Assembly: GCA_947497485.1 (NCBI GenBank)
Contig: CANMHB010000012.1
Span: 25,917 to 89,916 of the forward strand
Source: Flavobacteriales bacterium
GTDB lineage: Bacteria; Bacteroidota; Bacteroidia; Flavobacteriales_D; Crocinitomicaceae
DNA length: 64,000 bases
Direction of reading: 5' to 3'
Numbering within the stretch: position 1 is the stretch's first letter; the number at the start of each line of letters is the position of its first letter. A program made the translations under genes and the position numbers. Below are positions 40,971 to 49,616 of this stretch, piece after piece. The notes beneath the pieces were generated by a model that did not search any database, was not told where the DNA came from, and was given only the letters and a program-made list of their open reading frames with translations.

Positions 40971-40993
40971 TTTTAATAGTTAACTTATTCCAA

Positions 40994-41344
40994 TTACTTA
41001 AAAATCGATTTTAGAATTTTCAAACCATAATATGGTATGAATACTAAAAGAATTCCAAGAACATTGTACTTAATATCTAATGGATCAAAATTTCCGTGTA
41101 TTCGCCGATCTAAAATGAAATTTGAAACATGTTGAAGTGCTTCGATCATAATACCGAAAAATACTAATCCGATTAAAATGAAAAAATGGCGTTTTGGAAA
41201 GAGCAAAAGCAGGAGGATCGACGCGCAAAAATAAAATAAGGCATGAAGTTCAAAACCAATTCCACGAAATGCCCTTGGAAGTTTGACCATAAATCCGACG
41301 AGACTCACGAAAATCAGAAACAGCAATAAAAATGCTTTGTTCAT
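40994..41344 (-). CDS. Small membrane protein, possibly VanZ-like
   Basis: 116-aa ORF with four hydrophobic helices and a DPLDIKYNVLG motif reminiscent of VanZ-like proteins. Tentative. Confidence 0.5.
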   Translation of the reverse strand: MNKAFLLLFLIFVSLVGFMVKLPRAFRGIGFELHALFYFCASILLLLLFPKRHFFILIGLVFFGIMIEALQHVSNFILDRRIHGNFDPLDIKYNVLGILLVFIPYYGLKILKSIFK

Positions 41345-41377
41345 TCCGAGTAATTCAAGAAACGTTCGTTATCAGTC

Positions 41378-42934
41378 TTACAAATCAAATTTGATACCCT
41401 GAGCAAGAGGCAAACTATCCGTGTAATTGAGGGTGTTTGTTTGTCTGCGCATATAGATTTTCCAAGAGTCAGATCCAGATTCACGCCCTCCTCCAGTTTC
41501 TTTTTCGCCACCAAAAGCACCGCCGATTTCAGCTCCTGAAGTTCCAATATTCACGTTTGCGATTCCACAATCAGATCCAGCATGTGAAAGAAAAGCTTCA
41601 GATTCTTTTAAATCATTCGTCATAATTGCAGAAGAAAGTCCTTGTGGAACTCCATTTTGAAGAGTAATAGCATTGTGAACATTACCGCTATATTTTAGTA
41701 AGTAAAGAATCGGTGCGAATGTTTCATGTTGAACAATTGCGAAATGATTTTCAGCTTCGATGATACATGGCTTCACATAACAACCAGACTCATATCCTGA
41801 TCCTTCCAGAACACCTCCATCAACGATCACTTTTCCACCCTCTTTTTTAGCTGCTTCAATGGCATTTAGGTAATTTGAAACAGCATCTTTATCAATTAAA
41901 GGTCCAACGTGATTGTTTTGATCAAGCGGATTTCCGATGCGCAATTGCTTGTATGCATTTGCTAGAGCGTCTCTAACTTTATCATAAACACTTTCGTGAA
42001 TAATTAATCTTCTAGTTGAAGTACATCGCTGACCTGCAGTTCCAACGGCGCCAAAAACAGCTCCAGGCACTACCATTTTTAAGTCAGCAGTTGGTGTAAT
42101 AATAATGGCATTGTTTCCACCTAATTCCAATAATGAACGACCTAAACGCTCACCTACTGCAGCTCCAACAGATTTTCCCATTCGGGTAGATCCAGTTGCA
42201 GAAACGAGTGGAACTCGTTTGTCGTTTGCCATCAATTTTCCGATTTCAGCACCACCAATAACTAGTCCAGAGACTCCTTCAGGAACACCATTTGCATCAA
42301 AAACTTGTTTCGTAATTTGTTGACATGCAATTGCAGTAATAGGTGTTTTTTCGGATGGTTTCCAAACGCAAACATCACCACAAACCCAAGCTAATGCTGT
42401 ATTCCAGTTCCAGACGGCTACCGGAAAATTAAAAGCCGAAATAATTCCGACAATTCCAAGTGGATGATATTGTTCATACATTCTGTGTCCAGGACGCTCA
42501 GAGTGCATAGTTAAACCATATAATTGACGTGAAAGACCCACGGCAAAATCACAGATATCAATCATTTCTTGAACTTCTCCTAATCCTTCTTGCAATGATT
42601 TTCCCATCTCATAGGAAACTAATTTACCCAATGGTTCTTTGTATTCTCGGATTTTCTCTGCCAATTGTCGAACAATTTCACCTCTTTTCGGAGCGGGGAT
42701 GAGTCTCCATTCTAAAAAAGCTTCCTGAGCTTTCAAAATGACAGCCTCGTAATCCGCTTCGGTAGCAGAATTAACAGATGCGATAAGTTTCCCATCTACT
42801 GGTGAATAAGATTCAATTTTTTCACCCCTTGTTTTAAACCACTTTCCACCGGTTGAAGCACCATTATTTACATCTTCAATTCCGAGTGTGTTGAGAATTT
42901 CTTGAATCTCTGTCATTGTTGCTGTTGCGCTCAT
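41378..42934 (-). CDS. ALDH7-type aldehyde dehydrogenase (aminoadipate-semialdehyde / piperideine-6-carboxylate dehydrogenase-like)
   Basis: 518-aa ORF with the catalytic Cys context (GTAGQRCTSTRR), the ELGGNNA motif and the antiquitin-like stretch ETFAPILYLLKY. Confidence 0.88.
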   Translation of the reverse strand: MSATATMTEIQEILNTLGIEDVNNGASTGGKWFKTRGEKIESYSPVDGKLIASVNSATEADYEAVILKAQEAFLEWRLIPAPKRGEIVRQLAEKIREYKEPLGKLVSYEMGKSLQEGLGEVQEMIDICDFAVGLSRQLYGLTMHSERPGHRMYEQYHPLGIVGIISAFNFPVAVWNWNTALAWVCGDVCVWKPSEKTPITAIACQQITKQVFDANGVPEGVSGLVIGGAEIGKLMANDKRVPLVSATGSTRMGKSVGAAVGERLGRSLLELGGNNAIIITPTADLKMVVPGAVFGAVGTAGQRCTSTRRLIIHESVYDKVRDALANAYKQLRIGNPLDQNNHVGPLIDKDAVSNYLNAIEAAKKEGGKVIVDGGVLEGSGYESGCYVKPCIIEAENHFAIVQHETFAPILYLLKYSGNVHNAITLQNGVPQGLSSAIMTNDLKESEAFLSHAGSDCGIANVNIGTSGAEIGGAFGGEKETGGGRESGSDSWKIYMRRQTNTLNYTDSLPLAQGIKFDL

Positions 42935-43011
42935 TCGTTAAATTTTCGGTAAAGTTAATTCAATTATTTCGTGTAGAATCTAACATTTTGAGAAGATTAA
43001 AAACAATTTTA

Positions 43012-43977
43012 TTAAGAGTTCTGAAAATCTTTTTTTAACTCTTCAACAACTTCTTGAACAGTTCGTATTTCATGCACGTGTTCAATGGATGGTCCTGCAC
43101 ACCAAACTGTTTTATAGGTCGAACTAAATGCTGCGTTTCTTAAACTTTTCATTCCCCTCAAAAAGGTAAGCGCCTTGAACCATTTTTTGAGTTTTTTATT
43201 TTTATTGAGGATTTTTTCAAACCAATTTTGCGATGTTCCTACTTTTTGTACGTATGGTGTATTAATTACTGTGCATGGCGTTCCGGATAATTTGGTTGTT
43301 AACACAATATCTTTTGCGCCATATTGAACGCAGGCTTTTTTGTATTCTTCAGATACAGGAGCCTCTTTGGTTGCAATGAAAATTGAACCCATTGAAACGC
43401 CATCAGATCCTAACAGAAGCATTTCTTTTATTCCTTTACCTGTTCCAATTCCTCCTGCAGACAAAACAGGGATTCTTAGTTCTTTTTTTAATTGTGGAAT
43501 TAACTCTTTGTATGAAATAGAACCAGCGTGCCCACCTGCCTCTTTACAAACGGCAATAACAGCATCTGCACCAAGTTCTTCTACTTTTTTGGCATAAGAA
43601 ACATCCGTTACATCGCAGAAAACTTTAATGCCGTATTTTTTAGATTTGCGAATTGTTTCTTCAGGCGATCCAAGGGAAGTAATAAAAAAATCAACTTTTT
43701 CTTCGCAACAAACTTGTAATTGCTCTTTGTAAAGAAAATTAGATTTGTTTACAATTAAATTAATACCAAATGGCCCAATAGCTTCCGATTTTATTTTCCG
43801 AATAGCTTTTCTCAAATCTTCAGTATCACGATAATTCAAGGCGGGAATTGCACCAGTTATGCCTGACTTTATTCCTTCGATGATCATTTTTTCGTCAGAA
43901 ACCAAAAACATTGGAGCCATAATTACTGGAAATTCAATCCCCAACATTTCACAAAGTTTCGCTTTAACTTGTTCCAT
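43012..43977 (-). CDS. Nitronate monooxygenase / FabK-like FMN oxidoreductase
   Basis: 321-aa ORF with a TIM-barrel NMO pattern (PVIMAPM, EAGGHAG, AGGIGTGKG, DGVSMGS). Confidence 0.8.
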   Translation of the reverse strand: MEQVKAKLCEMLGIEFPVIMAPMFLVSDEKMIIEGIKSGITGAIPALNYRDTEDLRKAIRKIKSEAIGPFGINLIVNKSNFLYKEQLQVCCEEKVDFFITSLGSPEETIRKSKKYGIKVFCDVTDVSYAKKVEELGADAVIAVCKEAGGHAGSISYKELIPQLKKELRIPVLSAGGIGTGKGIKEMLLLGSDGVSMGSIFIATKEAPVSEEYKKACVQYGAKDIVLTTKLSGTPCTVINTPYVQKVGTSQNWFEKILNKNKKLKKWFKALTFLRGMKSLRNAAFSSTYKTVWCAGPSIEHVHEIRTVQEVVEELKKDFQNS

Positions 43978-44077
43978 TTCACTAAGTTAATTAATAATTG
44001 AATTAGGCTAACCTAAAATTTAGAGATAATTCAAAGAGATACATTTTTATGGCATGAAAAATGTTATTGTTTTTTCA

Positions 44078-44085
44078 TACATTTG
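44078..44085 (+). promoter_or_regulatory. Putative -7 promoter box (TACATTTG)
   Basis: TAnnTTTG match 20 nt upstream of the ATG at 44105. Confidence 0.35.
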
Positions 44086-44104
44086 AAAAACAAAACTAAT
44101 CGTT

Positions 44105-44437
44105 ATGAAGAAATTATTCCTGAGTTTTTTGTTAGTAACTTCCCTTAATTCTTTTTCCCAAAAGATGATTACTGTTGATTATGAGAGTAGGGCAGATGTG
44201 AAAGTTTTTGTGGTTGACTATGAAAGTCGCGCTGATTTGTGTGTTTACAAAGTTGATTATGAAAGTCGCGCAGGAAAAAATGATGGCAAGTGGTTTTTTG
44301 TTGATTATGAAAGTCGTGCAGACAAGAAAATTTATTTTGTTGACTACGAAAGCCGTGCAGATCTAAAAATCTTTTTTGTTGACTATGAAAGTCGTGCAGG
44401 TTGGAAAAATTCATCCAAGAAACATTTACTCTACTAA
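44105..44437 (+). CDS. Secreted repeat protein with six VDYESRA(D/G) units
   Basis: 110-aa ORF with the signal peptide MKKLFLSFLLVTSLNSFSQ. Six copies of VDYESRA[DG] are separated by short hydrophobic or basic linkers. The stop lies 6 nt before pnuC. Confidence 0.7.
   Translation: MKKLFLSFLLVTSLNSFSQKMITVDYESRADVKVFVVDYESRADLCVYKVDYESRAGKNDGKWFFVDYESRADKKIYFVDYESRADLKIFFVDYESRAGWKNSSKKHLLY
44174..44401 (+). repeat. In-frame tandem coding repeat (6 x 24-nt core GTTGAYTAYGARAGYMGNGCWGRN)
   Basis: The six cores differ mainly at synonymous positions (Arg is agg, cgc or cgt; gat/gac; tat/tac; agt/agc). Confidence 0.85.
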
Positions 44438-44443
44438 TTTCAT

Positions 44444-45013
44444 TTGAGTATACTCGAACTAGTAGCCGTACTTTTCGGCATTCTTTATTTAATATTTATA
44501 ACATTTCATAGGCGAATAGGCTGGATTTTTGGTTGCCTAAGTTCAACAATATTTATTTATTTGTGCATTCAACAAGGTCTCTACATTCAAGGGAGCCTGC
44601 AAGTTGCATATGTGATTTTGGGAGTAGTTGGGTATAACAATTGGAACAATCAATCCGAATTAACTATTAGCAGAATTTCACTTAAATATCATTTGATAAT
44701 AATTTTCATTGGTTTAATAGCAGGTTTATCCATTGGTAAATTTATGTCGATGACCAATCAGCAATTACCCTATTTGGATGCGACCATTTCGGTTTTCTCA
44801 ATTCTAGCGACCTATCTTGCTACAAAATCGATTCTCGAAAATTGGATTTATTGGATAGTTGTTAATGCCGTATCTATTATTTTATTCAGTGCACAAGGTT
44901 TAATATTTACTTCGGTTTTATATCTTTTATATGGTTTCGGATCAGTTTATGGTTATTACAATTGGAAAGGAATGTTAGCAGAGAAACGAGATAATCAGGA
45001 TTTACTAGATTGA
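44444..45013 (+). CDS. pnuC: Nicotinamide riboside transporter PnuC family
   Basis: 189-aa ORF with a TTG start, about 7 TM helices and a PnuC-like N-terminus (LELVAVLFGILYLIF...RIGWIFG) and C-terminus (WIYWIVVN). Confidence 0.8.
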   Translation: MSILELVAVLFGILYLIFITFHRRIGWIFGCLSSTIFIYLCIQQGLYIQGSLQVAYVILGVVGYNNWNNQSELTISRISLKYHLIIIFIGLIAGLSIGKFMSMTNQQLPYLDATISVFSILATYLATKSILENWIYWIVVNAVSIILFSAQGLIFTSVLYLLYGFGSVYGYYNWKGMLAEKRDNQDLLD

Positions 45014-45014
45014 T

Positions 45015-45518
45015 ATGGCACTTAGAATTGCTATAACTGGGCCAGAGTCAAGCGGTAAAACTACCATCGCAAAGCTGCTTGCCGAAAAAATGAATGGAAT
45101 TTTTATTCCCGAATTTGCCCGTGAATATTTACAAAACAAATCACACTATTTTCAAAATGATTTAGATGAAATTGCAAGAGGTCAAATGAAGCAGTGGCAG
45201 ATTGAAGGGGATTTGTTAATAGCGGATACTGAACTTACGGTAATTAAAATTTGGTCTGAATTCAAATACAATAATTGTTCGGAATTTATTCTTGATTCAT
45301 ATGAAAATCAAGCTTTTGATCATTATTTTCTTTGTAAGCCAGATATCCCATGGGAACCTGATCCATTGCGCGAAAATGAAAATGAACGGGAAGAGCTTTT
45401 TGAATTATACTTAGCAGAACTAAAACAGATGAAACGTCCTTTTACAATCTTGTCGGAAAATTTAGAAAATAGATTGGCTCTTTGTGATGTTGTAATTAGT
45501 AATTTAGTGAAGGCGTAA
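45015..45518 (+). CDS. P-loop kinase, NadR C-terminal (ribosylnicotinamide kinase)-like
   Basis: 167-aa ORF with the Walker A motif ITGPESSGKTT, starting immediately after pnuC. This is the typical pnuC partner. Confidence 0.7.
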   Translation: MALRIAITGPESSGKTTIAKLLAEKMNGIFIPEFAREYLQNKSHYFQNDLDEIARGQMKQWQIEGDLLIADTELTVIKIWSEFKYNNCSEFILDSYENQAFDHYFLCKPDIPWEPDPLRENENEREELFELYLAELKQMKRPFTILSENLENRLALCDVVISNLVKA

Positions 45519-45610
45519 ATTTCCAATTTTACCTATATGAAATAAGCCATAATGCGAATGGTTTTTATGAATTTAATTGGCGATTTCATGGACTTACAAA
45601 AAACACACGT

Positions 45611-46381
45611 ATGAAAACAAAAGAAGAAATCGTAAACAATTGGCTGCCACGCTACACTGGTAAAAAAATAGAAGACTTTGGTAAATATATCTTATTGACA
45701 AATTTTATCGGTTACGTAAACATGTTTGCAGAATGGCAAAAGGTTGAGGTTGAAGGATTAAATAGGCCAATGCAGACAGCTACAAGTGAAGGAATTACCA
45801 TCATAAATTTTAGCATGGGAAGTCCGATGGCAGCTACCATTATGGATTTGTTAACTGCAATAGAGCCAAAAGCCGCACTTTTTCTGGGTAAATGTGGTGG
45901 TTTGAAAAAGAAAAATGAAATAGGTGATTTTATTTTGCCCATTGCTGCAATTCGAGGTGAAGGCACATCCAATGATTATTTCCCACCTGAAGTCCCTGCC
46001 TTGCCATCATTTAATTTACAAAAAGCTATATCATATACAATTCGGTTGAGTGGAAGAGATTATTGGACGGGAACCGTATATTCGACGAATAGACGAGTTT
46101 GGGAGCACGATGAGCAGTTTAAAGAGTATTTACGAAAGATAAGAGCAATGGCCATTGATATGGAAACGGCCACGATTTTCAGTGTAGGATTTTATAATGA
46201 AATTCCCGTTGGAGCTTTGCTTTTAGTTAGCGATCAGCCAATGATACCGGATGGTGTTAAAACGGAAGTTAGTGATCAAAAAGTAACAAACGAATTCGTT
46301 TCGGATCATCTAAGAATCGGTATCGATTCGTTGAAAGAACTTCAAAATACTGGGATTTCAGTTAAACATCTTAAGTTTTAA
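45611..46381 (+). CDS. amn: AMP nucleosidase (short, catalytic-domain-only form; PNP/UDP family)
   Basis: 256-aa ORF with the N-terminal WLPRYTG...ILLTNFIGYV pattern and a nucleoside-phosphorylase-like core (GKCGGL, MAIDMETA). Confidence 0.7.
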   Translation: MKTKEEIVNNWLPRYTGKKIEDFGKYILLTNFIGYVNMFAEWQKVEVEGLNRPMQTATSEGITIINFSMGSPMAATIMDLLTAIEPKAALFLGKCGGLKKKNEIGDFILPIAAIRGEGTSNDYFPPEVPALPSFNLQKAISYTIRLSGRDYWTGTVYSTNRRVWEHDEQFKEYLRKIRAMAIDMETATIFSVGFYNEIPVGALLLVSDQPMIPDGVKTEVSDQKVTNEFVSDHLRIGIDSLKELQNTGISVKHLKF

Positions 46382-46422
46382 CAAACTAGTAATTAACTAA
46401 CATTAGAACTAGAGATTTAATA

Positions 46423-48318
46423 TCATTTCTTTTTTCTACGTTCCTCAAGCCATTTGGGAGTTTGCTTCACTGATTTATTATTTTCTGTACCCAAAAGTTT
46501 TTCAATCAAATCAGGACGTTTTGCTTTTTCCAAACGCTGTTTGATCCATCCTTGATTTTCACGTTTATACCAAAAAAAGAAGCGATTTTGGTTCAGTTTT
46601 TCCTCACGCGTTTTAACCGTTTTGACAGGTTTCAAGGTATACGGATGAACTCCTGAATAATAAATTACTTCGGCCACCGTCATTGGCGTCGGAGTAAAAT
46701 CCTGAACTTGCTCCAATTGGAATCCCATATCCTTGGTTTCTGCGGCTAAATTTGCCATATCTTCTTCTTCACATCCGGGATGCGAGGAGATGAAATACGG
46801 AATCAATTGTTGTTTGAGGTTGTGCTTTTCAGAAATCTGATCGTATTTTTCTTTGAACTTGTGGAAGTATTTAAAAGATGGCTTTCGCATTACACGTAAC
46901 GTCGCATCTGATGTGTGCTCAGGAGCAACTTTCAAACGGCCGCTAACGTGTCGCGTCACGACTTGTTCGATGTATTCGTCGTGATTACCATCTTCATTGT
47001 TTTTATTGAAATCATCTACGAGTAAATCATAGCGAATTCCTGATCCAACGAACGCTTTTTTCACTTTCGGGTTGGCGTCCACTTTTCGGTATAATTCCGT
47101 TAAGGGTTTATGTGAGGTATCTAAATTATTACAGATGACTGGGTGAATGCAACTAGGAGAAGTACAACGTGCACAAATGGCCTCATCCTTCCCTTTCATT
47201 TTATACATGTTAGCAGAAGGACCTCCTAAATCGGAAATATATCCACGAAATTCGGGATGTTTCACAACCTCTTCTACTTCTGCTAAAATCGATTTTTCAC
47301 TTCGTGACGCGATGAATTTTCCCTGATGTGCCGATATGGTACAGAAGCTACAGCCACCAAAACAACCACGATGCATGTTGATGGAAAACTTAATCATGTC
47401 ATACGCTGGAATAGCTCCCCGTTTTTTGTATTTCGGATGTGGAAGTCTCGTATATGGTAAATCAAATGATTTGTCAATTTCACCTTCCTCCATTGTTTTG
47501 TAGGGTGGATTGATGACCAATGTTTCATTTCCGACATGCTGTATGATTCGATTCGCTTCCCATTTGTTGGATTCGACTTCTACAATTTTGAAATTAGCGG
47601 CGTATTTGATTTTGTCCTCTAAACAATCTTCATGACTTGCTAGTTCGACCGTTTCCCAATTTTTATTTTTTGGTAAATCCAATTTTTTATCTTGAAGAAA
47701 AGCGACTTGTTTCAACGTTTTTGCTTGTTGAAACGGAACACCTTTTTTTAGTAGTCTAAGCAATTCACGAAGTGGTTGCTCACCCATTCCGTAAACCAAT
47801 AAATCGGCTTTTGAATCAACCAAAATCGATGGCATCAATTGGTCTTTCCAGTAATCGTAGTGAGTAACACGGCGTAAGGAAGCTTCAATTCCACCGAGTA
47901 AAATTGGGACTTCTGGAAATAAATCTTTCAGTATGTTCGAATAGACGATTGACGCATAATCCGGACGAAAACCTGCTTGTCCGCCTGGCGTGTATGCATC
48001 AGTGGAGCGCAAGCGTTTGTTTGCTGTGTAATGATTCACCATGGAATCCATACAACCTGCAGTTACTCCAAAAAATAATCGTGGTTTTCCAAGTTTCTTG
48101 AAATCGCGTAAATCATCTTTCCAATTGGGTTGCGCAACGATTCCTATACGTAATCCCTCGTCTTCAATAATTCGACCAATAACAGCCGTTCCAAATGCGG
48201 GATGATCGACATAAGCGTCTCCTGAAATTAGAATAACATCAAATTCATCCCAGCCCCTTTTTTCTGCATCTTTCAAGGACATGGGCAACCAATCCGATAG
48301 CGGTCGTTCGTTATTCAT
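46423..48318 (-). CDS. ygiQ: YgiQ family radical SAM protein (UPF0313)
   Basis: 631-aa ORF with the radical SAM cluster motif CFGGCSFC and a YgiQ-type N-terminal domain (DVILISGDAYVDHPAFG). Confidence 0.9.
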   Translation of the reverse strand: MNNERPLSDWLPMSLKDAEKRGWDEFDVILISGDAYVDHPAFGTAVIGRIIEDEGLRIGIVAQPNWKDDLRDFKKLGKPRLFFGVTAGCMDSMVNHYTANKRLRSTDAYTPGGQAGFRPDYASIVYSNILKDLFPEVPILLGGIEASLRRVTHYDYWKDQLMPSILVDSKADLLVYGMGEQPLRELLRLLKKGVPFQQAKTLKQVAFLQDKKLDLPKNKNWETVELASHEDCLEDKIKYAANFKIVEVESNKWEANRIIQHVGNETLVINPPYKTMEEGEIDKSFDLPYTRLPHPKYKKRGAIPAYDMIKFSINMHRGCFGGCSFCTISAHQGKFIASRSEKSILAEVEEVVKHPEFRGYISDLGGPSANMYKMKGKDEAICARCTSPSCIHPVICNNLDTSHKPLTELYRKVDANPKVKKAFVGSGIRYDLLVDDFNKNNEDGNHDEYIEQVVTRHVSGRLKVAPEHTSDATLRVMRKPSFKYFHKFKEKYDQISEKHNLKQQLIPYFISSHPGCEEEDMANLAAETKDMGFQLEQVQDFTPTPMTVAEVIYYSGVHPYTLKPVKTVKTREEKLNQNRFFFWYKRENQGWIKQRLEKAKRPDLIEKLLGTENNKSVKQTPKWLEERRKKK

Positions 48319-48455
48319 AGTGCAAAATTACGGATTAAATGAAAAGACTAAAAATCACTTTATTTCATGACACGAAATCTAAACAAATTTCTGATTCCGT
48401 AATGTAAGAGATTTGCCGAGATGCAGGCTTAATTTCATCTTTTAAAAATCGCACT

Positions 48456-49529
48456 ATGAATCACTTATTAAAAGAACTCAAAGATGTTTCTTCTGACTGC
48501 TGTATCACAATCATAATGAATACGCACAGAAATAAGCAACAAAACCAATTGGATAGGCTACAATTAAAAAAACAAATCTCAGAAGCAGAAAATCGCCTTT
48601 TTCAGTTTGAATCCGTTGAAAAAGCTCGAAAATTAAGTAAACGATTAAGGGATTTGGAGTCGCAAATACACTTTGATAAAAACCAAGATTGCCTTATCCT
48701 TTTTGTAAATGATCAGATCGCAAAATTTCTGCATCTTCCAATTACTGTTGAAAATCGGGTAGTGATAGACAAGACTTTTGCTACGAGAGATTTAGTCCGT
48801 ATGCTTCATATGAAGACCAACTATTTCATTCTTGTCTTTAGCGAATATAAGGCACGGTTGATAGAAGCATTTGATGAGACCTTAATTCAAGAATATGATT
48901 TCCCATTTCCAATAGAAAATAGTCAGCTCTATTCTACAAAATCGGTTGAACTTAAAAATGCAAAGCTTCAAAATCACTTGTTGTCTGAGTTTTACAATCG
49001 AGTTGACAAAGCGCTAAATGAAGTTCGAAATGAAAATCCCAAGTCAGTTTTACTGTGTAGCCAGGAAATGAATTGTGGTGAATATTTGAAAATCGCAGAT
49101 TTGCCCGAAAGTATTTTTCCTGTCCATCTTCCTGGAAATAGATTGTATCAGGAAGCGAATGAAATTGTACGAGAAGCTTGGCAGGTTGTTCGTGCTCAAC
49201 AAATTGAGAAAAATAGGCAACGAAAAGATGAATTGGACAAAGCGCTAGCAAGTGGACAATATATTTCGGATGCCAATGAAATATGGCATGCAACTGCAGA
49301 GGGCAGAATACGAACTGTTTTTATCGAAGAAAATCTTTTTCGTCCGGCAAGAATTGATGATAATACCATCACTTTTGTCCCAGAAGAAGACCGAACAAAA
49401 CCGGGCGTAGTGGATGATATTTACGATGAAATTATCGAAGCAACGCTAAACACGGGTGCTGAAGTTGTTTTTTTATCAAAAGGTGAGTTGTCTCAATTTA
49501 ATGGGCTTGGAGCGGTAACGAGATATTAA
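48456..49529 (+). CDS. Hypothetical protein, possibly a bacterial archaeo-eukaryotic release-factor-like (baeRF) family member
   Basis: 357-aa ORF. The N-terminal pattern CCITIIMNTHRNKQQNQLDRLQLKKQISEAENRL resembles the ...S[IV]Y[LM]PTHR...(coil) opening of baeRF3/7-type proteins as I recall them. Not verified. Confidence 0.5.
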   Translation: MNHLLKELKDVSSDCCITIIMNTHRNKQQNQLDRLQLKKQISEAENRLFQFESVEKARKLSKRLRDLESQIHFDKNQDCLILFVNDQIAKFLHLPITVENRVVIDKTFATRDLVRMLHMKTNYFILVFSEYKARLIEAFDETLIQEYDFPFPIENSQLYSTKSVELKNAKLQNHLLSEFYNRVDKALNEVRNENPKSVLLCSQEMNCGEYLKIADLPESIFPVHLPGNRLYQEANEIVREAWQVVRAQQIEKNRQRKDELDKALASGQYISDANEIWHATAEGRIRTVFIEENLFRPARIDDNTITFVPEEDRTKPGVVDDIYDEIIEATLNTGAEVVFLSKGELSQFNGLGAVTRY

Positions 49530-49587
49530 TTTGATGATTTGATGGAATTTACATTCGGAAATGACCAATAGATTTTCCAAAAATTTC

Positions 49588-49595
49588 TACTTTTG
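49588..49595 (+). promoter_or_regulatory. Putative -7 promoter box (TACTTTTG) for icd
   Basis: TAnnTTTG match 22 nt upstream of the ATG at 49617. It overlaps the TTG start proposed by the ORF track, which argues for the downstream ATG. Confidence 0.4.
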
Positions 49596-49616
49596 TCGCT
49601 CCTAATAATAAATCAA

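Noticed and set aside
41341-43719. ORFs 41341..41547, 41437..41625, 42105..42323, 43340..43597 and 43528..43719, which overlap the ALDH and NMO genes.
   Set aside because: They are nested in strongly supported enzymes and have no motifs.
44174-44401. Regularly spaced 24-nt DNA repeats, considered as a possible CRISPR-like array.
   Set aside because: The repeats are in frame within a signal-peptide-bearing ORF. The spacers are only 12-21 nt and code for similar peptide linkers. No cas genes are present.
44169-44414. 81-aa minus-strand ORF with its own repeat (DFHSQQ...).
   Set aside because: It is the mirror image of the + strand VDYESRA coding repeat. The + strand ORF has a signal peptide and a synonymous-substitution pattern, so the antisense ORF is an artefact.
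48323-48330. A TAATTTTG -7-box match on the minus strand upstream of ygiQ.
   Set aside because: It lies only 5 nt from the ATG at 48318, which is too close for a normal promoter-to-start arrangement unless the mRNA is leaderless. Not reported as a feature.
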